DNA of 63,743 nucleotides, the filler included, from Octopus bimaculoides (lineage: Eukaryota), in NCBI RefSeq assembly GCF_001194135.2. It is 5 parts of 5 records of this genome, joined end to end, with 100 filler letters (N's around TTAATTAATTAA, not from the genome) between each part and the next. Parts side by side here need not be neighbours in the genome. Positions count along the whole stretch, not along the records: positions 60,312 to 63,743 come from NC_069005.1; 4 more parts are not named here. The stretch is one strand, 5' to 3'. The notes under the pieces were generated by a model. It was not told the DNA's origin. It saw only the letters and a list, made by a program, of their open reading frames with translations, and made no database searches. The number at the start of each line of letters is the position of its first letter. Positions within the stretch are counted from its first letter, which is position 1. Both the position numbers and the translations under genes were made by a program. Below, piece by piece: positions 63,478 through 63,743 of the stretch.

Positions 63478-63480
<3 letters not shown>
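63085..63480 (+). mobile_element. SINE family A, full length
   Basis: Both halves are present around an internal (TATG)n/(TG)n tract; tail gaaacaagtaaaaga. Confidence 0.9.
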
Positions 63481-63508
<28 letters not shown>

Positions 63509-63743
63509 TGCATATGCTCTCTCACACACAGAGACATACATACATACATACATACATATAACCCATGCCAGTATGGAAAACAGACGTTAAAGGATGATGA
63601 TACACATAGGTGTGTGTGTTTGTATATATATATATATATATATATGGGAGAATATACAAATAATAACAACAGACGAGGACAGGTGGTGTAAATAACAAAA
63701 GTATATATTAGTATGACGCTCGGGAATACGGAAAGTCTTTGAC

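Overview
Eukaryotic, AT-rich, repeat-dense draft-assembly window of about 64 kb with many N gaps. It is most likely Octopus: this is inferred from the recognisable tRNA-derived SINE families, an RTE LINE with a (GAT)n tail and the extreme microsatellite load, and was not checked against a database. I find no confidently supported host gene; one Thr-rich candidate first exon near 54.6-54.9 kb is weak. The window holds a 5'-truncated RTE LINE, three mariner lineages plus a mini-derivative, a hAT transposon interrupted by a young SINE, hAT and other MITEs, a Helentron-like non-autonomous element and many SINEs. It also holds a dense set of decayed Penelope-like element (PLE) fragments. The most interesting signal is a series of type I minimal hammerhead ribozyme motifs with palindromic helix III, several with an unusually long helix II. 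One of them (12152-12235, minus strand) keeps every catalytic core nucleotide. A PLE fragment with twin-priming-like 5' inversion geometry is also present. All protein-motif assignments are by eye from recalled family consensus, and element boundaries are approximate unless a TSD or TIR is quoted.
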